Shown: positions 29,829-39,272, counted from the first letter of the stretch. The stretch: DNA of 64,000 nucleotides from Thermodesulfobacteriota bacterium (GCA_964291405.2 OZ219926.1:2016001-2080000), one strand, 5' to 3'. Made by a program: numbers and translations. Notes: generated from the letters alone by a model not told the origin.

Positions 29829-31973
29829 ATGCGAATGTGGATGTTCCGTTTCTTTATCATGCTTCGAGTCGTCCTCGTCGCCGCGGTGGGGTTGTCATGG
29901 CCGGCGGCGTGGGTGCAGGCGGTCACCACATCCGACCTGGAAAAAGCCGCCGCCGATACCTCGACGTGGCTGATGTACGGCCGTGACTATCACGGCCAGC
30001 GCTTCGTGAAGCTCGACCAGATCACGCCGGACAACGTGAAACGCCTCCATCCGGTCTGGGTGTTCGCGACGGGCGGCGAGAACCGCGGTCTGCAGGCCAC
30101 ACCACTCCTTCACGAGGGCGTGCTCTACCTCTCGGCCGACGAATCCCGCGTATTTGCGATCGACGCCCGAACCGGTGCGAAAAAGTGGAGCTACGACCCG
30201 AAGATGTCGAACGACGTCGAACGTATCTACTGCTGCGGGTCCAACAATCGCGGCGTCGCACTATTCGGCGAACTGGTCTACTTCGGCACAATGGATGCCC
30301 ACTTGGTCGCTCTCCATAAAGATACCGGCGATGTCGTATGGAAGGTCAAGGTCGCCGACTGGGAGCAGGGGCACAGCATTACCGGCGCACCGCTGGTGGT
30401 CAACAGCATGGTCCTGACCGGTGTGGCCGGCGGCGAGTACGGCATTCGCGGCTTCGTCAAAGCCTTCGATGCCAAGACCGGCGAACTGCGTTGGACGACG
30501 TATACCATTCCCGGACCTGGCGAGCCCGGCAACGACACCTGGCCCGGCGACACCTGGAAGCACGGCGGCGGCGCCACGTGGACCACAGGCGTTTATGACC
30601 CCGAGCTGAATCTGGTGTATTGGAACACCGGCAACGCGGCACCCTGGAACTGCCAGGTTCGCAAAGGCGACAATAAATGGACCGCCGCAACCATCGCCAT
30701 CGATCCCGATAACGGCAAGATCCGCTGGGGGTTTCAATACACCCCGTGGGACTGCTGGGACTACGATGCCGTCAGTACGCCCGTGCTGGCCGATGTGACT
30801 TTGCGCGATCTCGGACCCGTCAAGGCCCTGTTCCACCACAACAAAAACGGCTTCTTCTATGCGCTCGATCGCACCGACGGCAGCTTCATCTACGGCGAGC
30901 CTATCGTTCCCGGCATCAATTGGGCCTTCGGGCTCGATGCTCGTACCGGTCGCCCGAAAGTGAACCCCGACATGGTGGCGGAGTCCGGCGGCCCCGAAGT
31001 CGGGCCGATCATCCCCAGCCTCGAAGGCGCGATCGATTGGCAACCGCTGGCCTACAATCCCGATCTCGGTGCGCTCTACTTCATGTCGAACCAGTGGGCA
31101 ATGGGCTATAAGTTCTGGGCCGAGGATCGGTTCGCACCCCCGACGAAGGGCGAATGGTATCTCGGTGCGGACTATCAGCAGTACCTGACCAGCGAGAATC
31201 CCGGCAACTTTGTGGGCTTCGATGTGGTCAACCGCAAGGTCATGTGGCGGGTGGCGAGCCCTGCCCCCTTCTGGGCGGGCGCCGTGGCCACGTCGAGCGG
31301 ACTAGTCTTTACCGGCGACATGCGCGGCTACTTCATGGCGATCGACGCCCGCAGCGGCGAGGTGCTTTGGCAATTCCAGACCGGTTCGGGCATCATCGGC
31401 AGCCCCATCACCTACGAGCTCGACGGCACGCAGTACGTGGCGGTGCCGTCCGGGGGCATCGGCGGTGACATGACATTCTATTACACCGACCCGAAGGCCG
31501 GCAATCTGTGGGTGTTTGCCTTGGACGGCGGGCGTCCCGTCCGCACGCAGTCGGGAACGAACTTGACCGGACTCGTAGGCGGCTTGCCGCGTGTCGGTGA
31601 GCCGGGCCATACCCTGGGTGGCCGTGTCTTACCAGGCTACGGCTTTCCGCCCACCGAAGGCCGCAAGCCGATCAAGGCACCGTCTCCTCCGCCGACCGTA
31701 TCGAACGAAGGGGAGGCGGCCAACCCTCTGTTAGGGGACCAAGCGGCGGTCATCGAAGGTGAACGAATCTATCGCGGGCGTTGCGTCGGTTGTCACCGGA
31801 CCGGCGGCGGCGCGGGCTCGAATATCTTCAAGACCGCCCTCCGAGCCGGACAGTTCTTCGACACGGTAACCAAGGGACACCAGGGCACCGGCATGCCCGC
31901 CTTCGAGCAACTACTCTCGCACGACGAGATCTGGCAGGTGCACGCGTTCCTGATGTCCCGCGACTCACTGTGA
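29829..31973 (+). CDS. PQQ-dependent alcohol dehydrogenase with C-terminal c-type cytochrome domain
   Basis: Signal peptide; WLMYGRDY, QATPL, vicinal CC (YCCGSNNRG), GGEYG, GNAAPW, WDYDA, propeller W-repeats, CVGCH and GMPAF. Confidence 0.93.
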   Translation: MRMWMFRFFIMLRVVLVAAVGLSWPAAWVQAVTTSDLEKAAADTSTWLMYGRDYHGQRFVKLDQITPDNVKRLHPVWVFATGGENRGLQATPLLHEGVLYLSADESRVFAIDARTGAKKWSYDPKMSNDVERIYCCGSNNRGVALFGELVYFGTMDAHLVALHKDTGDVVWKVKVADWEQGHSITGAPLVVNSMVLTGVAGGEYGIRGFVKAFDAKTGELRWTTYTIPGPGEPGNDTWPGDTWKHGGGATWTTGVYDPELNLVYWNTGNAAPWNCQVRKGDNKWTAATIAIDPDNGKIRWGFQYTPWDCWDYDAVSTPVLADVTLRDLGPVKALFHHNKNGFFYALDRTDGSFIYGEPIVPGINWAFGLDARTGRPKVNPDMVAESGGPEVGPIIPSLEGAIDWQPLAYNPDLGALYFMSNQWAMGYKFWAEDRFAPPTKGEWYLGADYQQYLTSENPGNFVGFDVVNRKVMWRVASPAPFWAGAVATSSGLVFTGDMRGYFMAIDARSGEVLWQFQTGSGIIGSPITYELDGTQYVAVPSGGIGGDMTFYYTDPKAGNLWVFALDGGRPVRTQSGTNLTGLVGGLPRVGEPGHTLGGRVLPGYGFPPTEGRKPIKAPSPPPTVSNEGEAANPLLGDQAAVIEGERIYRGRCVGCHRTGGGAGSNIFKTALRAGQFFDTVTKGHQGTGMPAFEQLLSHDEIWQVHAFLMSRDSL

Positions 31974-32090
31974 GGTGCGGTCACTGCGTGCCGCAACTGG
32001 TGAGAGAGCCGACCGCATTATCGATACAGGATAGGCCACGGAGGGCGCGGCCTGACTCAGACTTCCCGGCCGCGCTCCCCTACTCCCCTT

Positions 32091-33374
32091 TTATTCCACC
32101 TTTTGCACCAGTTCGATACCGAACTGTTCGGCGGCATTGCCGCCTAGCATACGGGCCATGCTGGCCTCGTCGATATGGGCCTGGCCCAGGGTCTCAATCG
32201 CCTCCCAGGCGCTGGTCGTATCCTGCTGCGGATAGCGTGAGCCCCAGACGATCTTGTGGGCAAAGGTATGGGGCAACTGCTGGATCAGCCGCTCCTCGGC
32301 GTCAAAGGCGAGCAGTACCCGGCCCTCTTCCCACATGTCTTCCACATCGGTCCGCACCGGGTAGTAGTGCAGGGGCGGAATCGTCAGGACGGACGCTTCC
32401 ATCTTCTCCAGCACCTCTTCCATCCAGGACGCCTGGCCGCCGGCCATCACCACCTTCAGCTTCGGGTAGCGCTGCATGACGGTAAAACCGATCAGGGTCG
32501 CGGCAACGAACATATGGTTATCCAGCCATGGGGACAGGATCGGCGCGACCGGATGCCCGATCGGCTGCTGGGCTCCGAAGGTAAAATTCGGCCCGTTGCC
32601 ACCGCCCGCAAACGGGCCGCCGCCAGCCTCCCTGAACAGGGTGACCTGCGTGAGCCGGCGGTTGACCTTCTCGATAAACGGGGCGTGGGAGGTCCACTCC
32701 GGGTTCCATAAGCCGCTTGCCGGATGGACGGCGAGCGTCAGGTCGAGGCGCTCAAGCTCGGCCCAGAACGGGTCGTAGTAGGGATGGGTATAATAGCGTC
32801 CCTGAACGAACAGCGGCCGGAGAAACACGCCTCGAAAGCACGGCATGGATACGATCCGTTGCAGTTCCGCCAGCGCATAATCCATATTTTGCAGGGGAAT
32901 CATGGCCGCGGCGTACAGGCGGTCGGGCGCGGCCTGGCAGAAGTCGGCGATCCAGTTGTTATACGCCCGGGCGAGCGCGTTGGCGCTGTCCGGGTCCTTG
33001 ATCAGGGGGAAGCCCTCGGCAAACCAGGTCGGGTAGAGCAAGGTCTGATCCACGCCCATGGCGTCCATGTCTCGCAGCCGGGCCTGGGGATCAGACGCTC
33101 CCTCGGTCACGGCGTGCCGGGTATCGGGGTCGAGCTCCCCGATCTGCTCGCAGGTCATGCCCGGTCGCCAGATGGCGTAGCGGGGGATGTTGGGATTGAC
33201 CTGATCATGGTAGGCCTCGCCGTTTATTTTGAGGTAGGAGGCGTACTGGCCGTCTTCCCGCCACAGAGAGAATTTGCCCAGGGCGCGATAGTCCGGCTCT
33301 AAATAGTTCTCCCAGATCGCGGGTGACTCGACAATATGGGAGTTGGCATCAAAAACGGCAAAGCGCTTGGTCAT
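32091..33374 (-). CDS. Amidohydrolase_2-fold protein with degenerate active site
   Basis: RLRDMDAMGVDQTLLYPT, RAYNNW and C-terminal LGGNA retained, but DANSH, VMAG and GSRYPQ replace DxDxH, E and GSDYPH. Confidence 0.85.
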   Translation of the reverse strand: MTKRFAVFDANSHIVESPAIWENYLEPDYRALGKFSLWREDGQYASYLKINGEAYHDQVNPNIPRYAIWRPGMTCEQIGELDPDTRHAVTEGASDPQARLRDMDAMGVDQTLLYPTWFAEGFPLIKDPDSANALARAYNNWIADFCQAAPDRLYAAAMIPLQNMDYALAELQRIVSMPCFRGVFLRPLFVQGRYYTHPYYDPFWAELERLDLTLAVHPASGLWNPEWTSHAPFIEKVNRRLTQVTLFREAGGGPFAGGGNGPNFTFGAQQPIGHPVAPILSPWLDNHMFVAATLIGFTVMQRYPKLKVVMAGGQASWMEEVLEKMEASVLTIPPLHYYPVRTDVEDMWEEGRVLLAFDAEERLIQQLPHTFAHKIVWGSRYPQQDTTSAWEAIETLGQAHIDEASMARMLGGNAAEQFGIELVQKVE

Positions 33375-34819
33375 GCCCAGGCTCCCTCGGCGGCCCGGCC
33401 GTTCCCGTTGGGCTGTCTGCCGCGTTCCCGCGGAGGCCGGATGAGCGCGGCCTCGGGCTCCAGGGCCCGCTTAACCTCATCCTCGGTCGGCCACCAGGCC
33501 GGCCGTTCAATTTCGGTCACCCGTTCCCGAATGAAGGTTTTCGGGGCCTCGATATGATAGAGCTGACGCGCGTTCTCTCCCAGGAATTTGCTCTGGTGAG
33601 ACACCGACAGCTCACACGAGCGCATGGTCTCAAGCGCCCGCCACACATCGTCGCCGTCGTGATGGTACACATCGGACGACCAGGCCAGGATGTCTTTATA
33701 GAACTCGGGCAGACGCGAGGGCGGAGCCTCATCGCCCTCAAAGCCGGTTACGCAGTGCGCGAAAAAGGTTTCGCTCGGCAGACGTTTGAGCGGTGCCAGC
33801 TCGCGCTCGTTGCGGTACAGCTTGTAGAACTTATCGCAGCGGTCGAGCAGAAAGCTCAGCCAGGTCGAGGAAGCCTCAAACACCGCGGCCCGTATCCTGG
33901 GATGACGCTCAAAAAAGCCCGACATCAGGACCATGGTGACCCACAGCGCGGCCTCGGCCTGAAAGTTCTGCACATTGGTCAGAAACGAGTGCGGCAGACC
34001 CGCAGAGATAATGGTCCGGGCGATCAACTCCGCGCCCGAGTACTGTTCGGCATACCCGGCCGGCTTGAGCGAGCCAAAGGCCGGAAAGGGATGCATGCCG
34101 TACACCACGCCGGTCTCTTCCATGGCCCGCCACACCTGCTCATACTTGGGCTGGAGCGGGTAATTGCCCATGGCGTCAACGGGTCGGACCAGACCCACCC
34201 GACAGCCCTTTTTCGCCACCCGATAGACTTCCTGGGCCGCGTACTTCGGGTCCTGCATGGGCAGCATGGCCGCAAAAAAGAGACGCTCGGGGTCTTCCTG
34301 ACAGTAGTCATACGCCCACTCGTTATAGGCTTTGCACATGGCCTTGGCCCCGAGCGCGTTTTGCAACCACGGATAGGTGTCGATATCGGTCGGGATAATC
34401 ATCACCTGGTCTATCCCCTGGATGTCCATATCCCGCAGCCGTTCCCGCGGTTTATACGACCCCTTGTGGTCCAGATAGTCGGCCTGCTCGACCGTCAGCG
34501 CCGTCTTGGGATCCAGGTTGCGGACGTACAGGGCGCGCTGGATATCGTGTTTGAGCCCCGGCCCGGCAAAGGAGATGGCGTGGATACGGCCCCGCCGGCC
34601 ACCGATCAGTTGGGAACCGATACCCGACCCCGGCACGCCGTTCACAATCAGTTGCTTGCTCTCGGCATCAAACCACATGGTGGTCTTGAGAGCCTCCAGT
34701 TCGTCTTTGGTCAGCCAATCCTTGGCCCGCTCCCAAATCCAGGGCGGCTCGGTTACATGGGCGTCGCAGTCAAAGGTCGGGAAGTCTTTGGTCATGGGAG
34801 CGAATTTTTGAATCGGCAT
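33371..34819 (-). CDS. Amidohydrolase_2 family protein (intact motifs)
   Basis: FDCDAH, RLRDMDIQGID, AYNEW, GMHP, VFEAS, WSSDVYH, LGENA. Confidence 0.9.
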   Translation of the reverse strand: MPIQKFAPMTKDFPTFDCDAHVTEPPWIWERAKDWLTKDELEALKTTMWFDAESKQLIVNGVPGSGIGSQLIGGRRGRIHAISFAGPGLKHDIQRALYVRNLDPKTALTVEQADYLDHKGSYKPRERLRDMDIQGIDQVMIIPTDIDTYPWLQNALGAKAMCKAYNEWAYDYCQEDPERLFFAAMLPMQDPKYAAQEVYRVAKKGCRVGLVRPVDAMGNYPLQPKYEQVWRAMEETGVVYGMHPFPAFGSLKPAGYAEQYSGAELIARTIISAGLPHSFLTNVQNFQAEAALWVTMVLMSGFFERHPRIRAAVFEASSTWLSFLLDRCDKFYKLYRNERELAPLKRLPSETFFAHCVTGFEGDEAPPSRLPEFYKDILAWSSDVYHHDGDDVWRALETMRSCELSVSHQSKFLGENARQLYHIEAPKTFIRERVTEIERPAWWPTEDEVKRALEPEAALIRPPRERGRQPNGNGRAAEGAWA

Positions 34820-34842
34820 GTCCGAGTCCTTTCTGCGAGGAT

Positions 34843-35664
34843 TCACCCGACCAACCTGGACACAAAGCTTGTGATAAAGGCGTTTACCTGGTCCGGGACT
34901 TCGAGCTGGAGGAAGTGGCCCGCGCCAATGGCCTGGGCAAACTCGACCTGCTTGAAACAGGATTTCAGATGCTTCAGGTCGGCGGCCTGCGGGAAGGTGT
35001 CCGCCATCCAGGGGCCGACCATGACCAGCGTTGGCTGCGACATGGCAGCGGCCGGCGTGGCGGAGTCAGAAGCCATCAGCCGGATCTCTTTGACGCGCAC
35101 ATCTACAGGCGTACGACAGGCCTCACCGACCGCCGTCCCGACCATCGCCCGGTCGGCCTGGGGACCAAAAAAGCTGGTATACAGCTCGCGGAAATAGGTC
35201 TCGCCGTCCGGGGCTGTCAGTTTCTCTACCATCTCGGCGTAAAACCGCTCGGTCCCGGTTGTGGGGTTGGCAAGGTCGGCCCCGGGCATCACCGCAGAGT
35301 CGACCAGGATAAAGGCGCGCACCAAATCCGGGTAGTCATGGCTGAAGGCGACACCCGCCGGGGCGCCACCGGCGTGCGCAATCGCTACGGTGTTGGTGAA
35401 ACCTTCGTGGCGGGCCAGGGCCGCGATGTCCGCGGCGTGCTGCTGGGACGTATGGCCGGAACCCGGCGTGGTCGATTGGCCCATACCGCGCCGGTCCATG
35501 CGGAGAACGCGGTGGGAGTCCTGAAAGTAAGCAGCCTGCTCCTCCCAGTGGTTCAGATTCGAGCACCAACCGTGGATGAAAATCAGGTCGGGATTGCCAC
35601 AATCCTTGCCTTCGACTTTGTAGTGCAACTCTGCTCCGTCTTCAGTTCTGAATGTCGGCATCAT
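34843..35664 (-). CDS. Alpha/beta-hydrolase-fold protein with Ala at the nucleophile position
   Basis: IHGWCS, MDRRGMGQS, AHAGG in place of GHSxG, GAGHFLQLEVP. Confidence 0.85.
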   Translation of the reverse strand: MMPTFRTEDGAELHYKVEGKDCGNPDLIFIHGWCSNLNHWEEQAAYFQDSHRVLRMDRRGMGQSTTPGSGHTSQQHAADIAALARHEGFTNTVAIAHAGGAPAGVAFSHDYPDLVRAFILVDSAVMPGADLANPTTGTERFYAEMVEKLTAPDGETYFRELYTSFFGPQADRAMVGTAVGEACRTPVDVRVKEIRLMASDSATPAAAMSQPTLVMVGPWMADTFPQAADLKHLKSCFKQVEFAQAIGAGHFLQLEVPDQVNAFITSFVSRLVG

Positions 35665-35763
35665 GTCCTCCTTAGTGAGAGTTACGTCATATCATATTGA
35701 GACCACTTGACCACTCGCCTCCGTGGCTCTGTGTGTGGTCTTTCCGACGGCCCGGCTTCCCTC

Positions 35764-35803
35764 CAACTGAGACAGTTGACAGGCCATAGGCGCTCATCAT
35801 ACT
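35764..35803 (+). promoter_or_regulatory. Putative sigma70 promoter with overlapping operator-like palindrome
   Basis: TTGACA(35776)-16 nt-CATACT; CAACTG-AGA-CAGTTG inverted repeat at 35764-35778 overlaps the -35. Confidence 0.5.
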
Positions 35804-35863
35804 AACAGCGCGCATGACCCAGGAAAGCGATTGGTATGATTGCCTGTGAACGAGGGAGACAGC

Positions 35864-37435
35864 ATGACGACGAAGATGACGAAACGCCAATTCCTGCAAT
35901 CCATCGGAGCCGCGGCCGGGGTGGCCGCGGTGTATCGGAGCATGGATGCGCTGGGCCTTGCAGGAGCGAGCACAGTCCAGGCGGCCACGCTCGATCTGTC
36001 GCCCGGCTCAGGAGACGGGAAGAGCGTCGTTATCCTGGGGGCCGGTATCTCCGGCCTTGTGGCTGCCTATGAATTATCAAAAGCAGGCTATGACTGCACG
36101 ATTTTGGAGGCTACTAATCGGGCCGGCGGGCGTAACCTGACGGCCCGTAGCGGCGATATCATCAGAGAGGAAGGTAGCCGGCAATGGGTGGGCTTTGACC
36201 CGGAGGAGAATCTCTACGCGAATCTCGGGCCGGCCCGCATTCCCCATCACCACACAGTCATACTCGGCTACTGTAAGGAGTTCGGCGTTGATCTCGAAGT
36301 CTTTACCAACGACAACCGGGCGGCCTTTTTCCACAACCTGGAACACTTCGACGGCAAGCCCGTAGTGGCGCGGCAAGTCATGACGGATACGCGCGGGTAT
36401 CTCGCTGAACTCCTGGCCAAGGCGGTGAACCGCAATGCATTGGACGATGTGCTGACGGGTGAGGATAAGGAGCGCCTCCTTGACCTGCTCAGAAGCTATG
36501 GCGACTTGGACGTCGCAGACGACCTCTATACCGGCTCAGATCGTGGCGGGTATCAGGGGGAACACATTCATGCCGGTCTTGCGCCTGGGGAGGTGAACGA
36601 CCCGCTCGATTTCAGCCAACTGCTCAGCTCGGACTTCTGGGAATACAAGCTCTACTTCAGCCAATTTCTCGATCAAAACCCCACCTTATTGCAGCCCGTC
36701 GGCGGAATGGATGCCATTGTTGATGCCTTTGAGGAGCGGCTGGAGCATCTGATCCGGTATCGGAGCATCGTCGAGGAGATTCGGAAGACTACCAACGGCG
36801 TTCGTATCGTGTATAGGCGCCGACGGCGGCGCGGTCTGAGAATCCAGGATGCGGACTTTGCGATCTGCACCATCCCCGCGCCCGTTCTAAAGGACATTCC
36901 CAACGACTTTTCACCTGATACACAATCCGCGATTGCGTCAATAGAGTTCAGCAATGCGGTCAAAATCGGTTTCCAGGCCCGTCGGCGTTTCTGGGAGGAA
37001 GATCACGGTATCTATGGCGGTATTTCCTGGACCGACCAAGATATTACGCAGATATGGTATCCGTCCTGCGGCTATCAGCGGGCCAAGGGGATCATCCTGG
37101 GCGCCTATATCTGGGACGATGAGCCCGGCCGGCGCTATACTGCCATGAGCCCGGCCGAGCGTTTACAGGCCGCCATCGTCGAAGGCGAGGCCCTCCATCC
37201 CGGCTATGAGGCAGAGATAGAAGCAGGGGTCAGCCGGGCCTGGGCCAAGGTGCGCTTCCAGCGAGGCGGCTGGCCCGCTAGTTATCAGGCACCCGCGCGT
37301 CTGCGCGAGCCCGATGGGGCGATCTATTTCGCAGGTGATCAGTTGAGCGCCTTGCCCGGGTGGCAAGAGGGGGCGGCCCTGGCCGCTCAGGCGGCGGTGC
37401 AGGCCATCAACGAACGGGTTACGGCCACTACCTGA
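35864..37435 (+). CDS. Flavin amine oxidase / L-amino-acid oxidase-like, Tat-type leader
   Basis: TKRQFL leader; GAGISGL, RAGGR, NLGPARIP, QPVGGMD, FAGDQLS..GWQEGA. Confidence 0.88.
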   Translation: MTTKMTKRQFLQSIGAAAGVAAVYRSMDALGLAGASTVQAATLDLSPGSGDGKSVVILGAGISGLVAAYELSKAGYDCTILEATNRAGGRNLTARSGDIIREEGSRQWVGFDPEENLYANLGPARIPHHHTVILGYCKEFGVDLEVFTNDNRAAFFHNLEHFDGKPVVARQVMTDTRGYLAELLAKAVNRNALDDVLTGEDKERLLDLLRSYGDLDVADDLYTGSDRGGYQGEHIHAGLAPGEVNDPLDFSQLLSSDFWEYKLYFSQFLDQNPTLLQPVGGMDAIVDAFEERLEHLIRYRSIVEEIRKTTNGVRIVYRRRRRRGLRIQDADFAICTIPAPVLKDIPNDFSPDTQSAIASIEFSNAVKIGFQARRRFWEEDHGIYGGISWTDQDITQIWYPSCGYQRAKGIILGAYIWDDEPGRRYTAMSPAERLQAAIVEGEALHPGYEAEIEAGVSRAWAKVRFQRGGWPASYQAPARLREPDGAIYFAGDQLSALPGWQEGAALAAQAAVQAINERVTATT

Positions 37436-37548
37436 ACGGGCGACCGAATGTGAGAAGCGACCGCCTCCTGGATACTGGCCTCAGCGACCGGTCCGGGCCT
37501 GGTTCTCTAGAGGCTCCCAACCTGACAGTACCGACCGCCGCGTCGGTC

Positions 37549-38532
37549 CTAGACATTCGGGAGAATGTCATGTACGAGGCGCCGCATATCCCCGATGGTC
37601 TTTGCGGTCGGCGTCCCACTGAACGGCGGCCACAGGAGTGGCATCGTCATCCCGGCATCCCGATACCGTTTGAGATTGTCCGTGATCTGCTCAGTCGTAC
37701 CGACCAGCGTTGGCGTCAGCTTGCCCCGTGGCGTCTGATCCGTTTTGTCGCGGGTGATCTCAAACGGTAGCATGCTCGAAATTTCGATACCGTCGATGGT
37801 ATGCCCACCGCCGAGCTTCTCCAACTCGTCCTTGATGGCGGTCCGCCAGGCAGCGATCGCTTCCGGGGTGTCCATGATCCCGATCCACCCTTCAAGGCCA
37901 TACTTGGCCACTCGCGCTGCCGCGAGATCGGGCCGGCCTAAGCCTCCAAAAAACATCGGTGGCCGCGGCTTTTGAACCGGCTTCACGCCAAAGCCACATT
38001 TTGGAAAGTCGACGAATTCTCCGTGGTACTCGAACAACTCGTTGGTCCAGACCCCCTGCATCACTTCGATCGTTTCTCTCACGTGCGTGTTGCGTTTCTT
38101 ATAGATATGAGCCGCGCTTGACGCGGCGAACTCCTCTGGCATCCAGCCCGAGCCGACGCCGACGTTCAGCCGCCCGCCCGAGAGGTGATCCCAGGTCGCG
38201 AGCTCTGCTGCCAACACGCCGGGAGCGCGATAGGGCGTGACAATGATGCTGACCCCCAACCGCACGCGCTTGGTAATAGCCGCCAGATACGGAATGAGCG
38301 GCATGCCGTGCAGGAACTCCGCCCGGGCGCTCACGGGCAGCGCCTTCGGAAATTCCGACATGAAGCCAAACGACTTTTCGAGTTCCTGACGGTCCGAGGC
38401 TTCGGGTACCACGATACGGTCCAGCGACCACACCGAGTCGAATGCAAGGTCCTCCGCTTCCCGGGCCAGGTCTACGATTTCGCTGACCGTGATCTTGTCA
38501 CGGAGATTCGGCAGATACAGCGCGAGCTTCAT
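37549..38532 (-). CDS. LLM-class oxidoreductase, probably F420-dependent (Rv2161c-like)
   Basis: FDSVWSLDRIVVP, DHLSGGRLNVGVGSGWMPEEF, KPVQKPRPP; AAGGAG RBS. Confidence 0.88.
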   Translation of the reverse strand: MKLALYLPNLRDKITVSEIVDLAREAEDLAFDSVWSLDRIVVPEASDRQELEKSFGFMSEFPKALPVSARAEFLHGMPLIPYLAAITKRVRLGVSIIVTPYRAPGVLAAELATWDHLSGGRLNVGVGSGWMPEEFAASSAAHIYKKRNTHVRETIEVMQGVWTNELFEYHGEFVDFPKCGFGVKPVQKPRPPMFFGGLGRPDLAAARVAKYGLEGWIGIMDTPEAIAAWRTAIKDELEKLGGGHTIDGIEISSMLPFEITRDKTDQTPRGKLTPTLVGTTEQITDNLKRYRDAGMTMPLLWPPFSGTPTAKTIGDMRRLVHDILPNV

Positions 38533-38599
38533 AGTAAGGTCTCCTTTATTGGTCGTATTCTCTATGGATTGCTCAAGTCTTTTACCTGTTGCCGGGTGC

Positions 38600-38628
38600 A
38601 TCTTTCTGCGTCGCTCGATTATTGTCAA
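38600..38628 (-). promoter_or_regulatory. Putative sigma70 promoter of the LLM gene
   Basis: TTGACA-17 nt-AAAGAT on the minus strand. Confidence 0.4.
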
Positions 38629-38698
38629 GGTTCAGCTAACACCGTTGACGGAATATCACAGCGTAGCTATTGAAATGTAGTGACATAAGGTTAGATCG

Positions 38699-38989
38699 TT
38701 GCACTGGACATGGGACAAAAACAAGAACCGCATCAACACGCAAAAGCATGGCCTGAGCTTTGAGACGGCACGGCTCGTGTTCGATGATCCGTTCATGGCA
38801 CATCGACCCGACCCGCATGCGGACGAGGAGCGCTGGCACACGATTGGCATGATCGGTGATGTGGTCGTGATTGTGTCATACACCTGGCCCACACCAGAAC
38901 CCGGAACCGGTGTTGAAGTAGGACGCATCATCAGCGCCCGGAAAGCAACGGCGCACGAAAGGAGAGCCTATGAAGAGGGGAACTTCTAG
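38699..38989 (+). CDS. brnT: BrnT-family toxin
   Basis: WDKNKNRINTQKHGLSFETA..FDDP..EERW..RIISARKATAHERRAY. Confidence 0.93.
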   Translation: MHWTWDKNKNRINTQKHGLSFETARLVFDDPFMAHRPDPHADEERWHTIGMIGDVVVIVSYTWPTPEPGTGVEVGRIISARKATAHERRAYEEGNF

Positions 38990-39272
38990 GAAACTCACCA
39001 AGGCGCAAAAGGCGGAGCTCCAAGCACTTGCGGCGCTGCCCGACGGGCAGATTGATACGAGCGACATCCCCGAGATTCGGGATTGGTCCGGCGCGCGGCG
39101 CAATCTCCTGTATCGGCCGGTGAAGCAACAGATCACCCTGCGGCTGGATGCCGACGTGGTGGCGTGGTTCAAAGCGAACGCCCCCGGCGGCCGGGGCTAC
39201 CAGACAGAGATCAACCGGGTGCTGCGCAAGCACGCTACATCTCCGAGAACTGAGTCCCGTAGGTCGAGTTAG
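38970..39272 (+). CDS. brnA: BrnA-family antitoxin
   Basis: IDTSDIPE..YRPVKQQITLRLDADVVAWFK..GYQTEINRVLR; overlaps brnT. Confidence 0.93.
   Translation: MKRGTSRKLTKAQKAELQALAALPDGQIDTSDIPEIRDWSGARRNLLYRPVKQQITLRLDADVVAWFKANAPGGRGYQTEINRVLRKHATSPRTESRRSS

Noticed and set aside
33323-35197. 624-aa plus-strand ORF, and similar long ORFs at 13149-14204, 16939-18372, 41811-42833, 44662-45885 and 57393-58655
   Set aside because: They lie antisense to well-supported genes and have no motifs; such shadows are expected from high-GC codon bias
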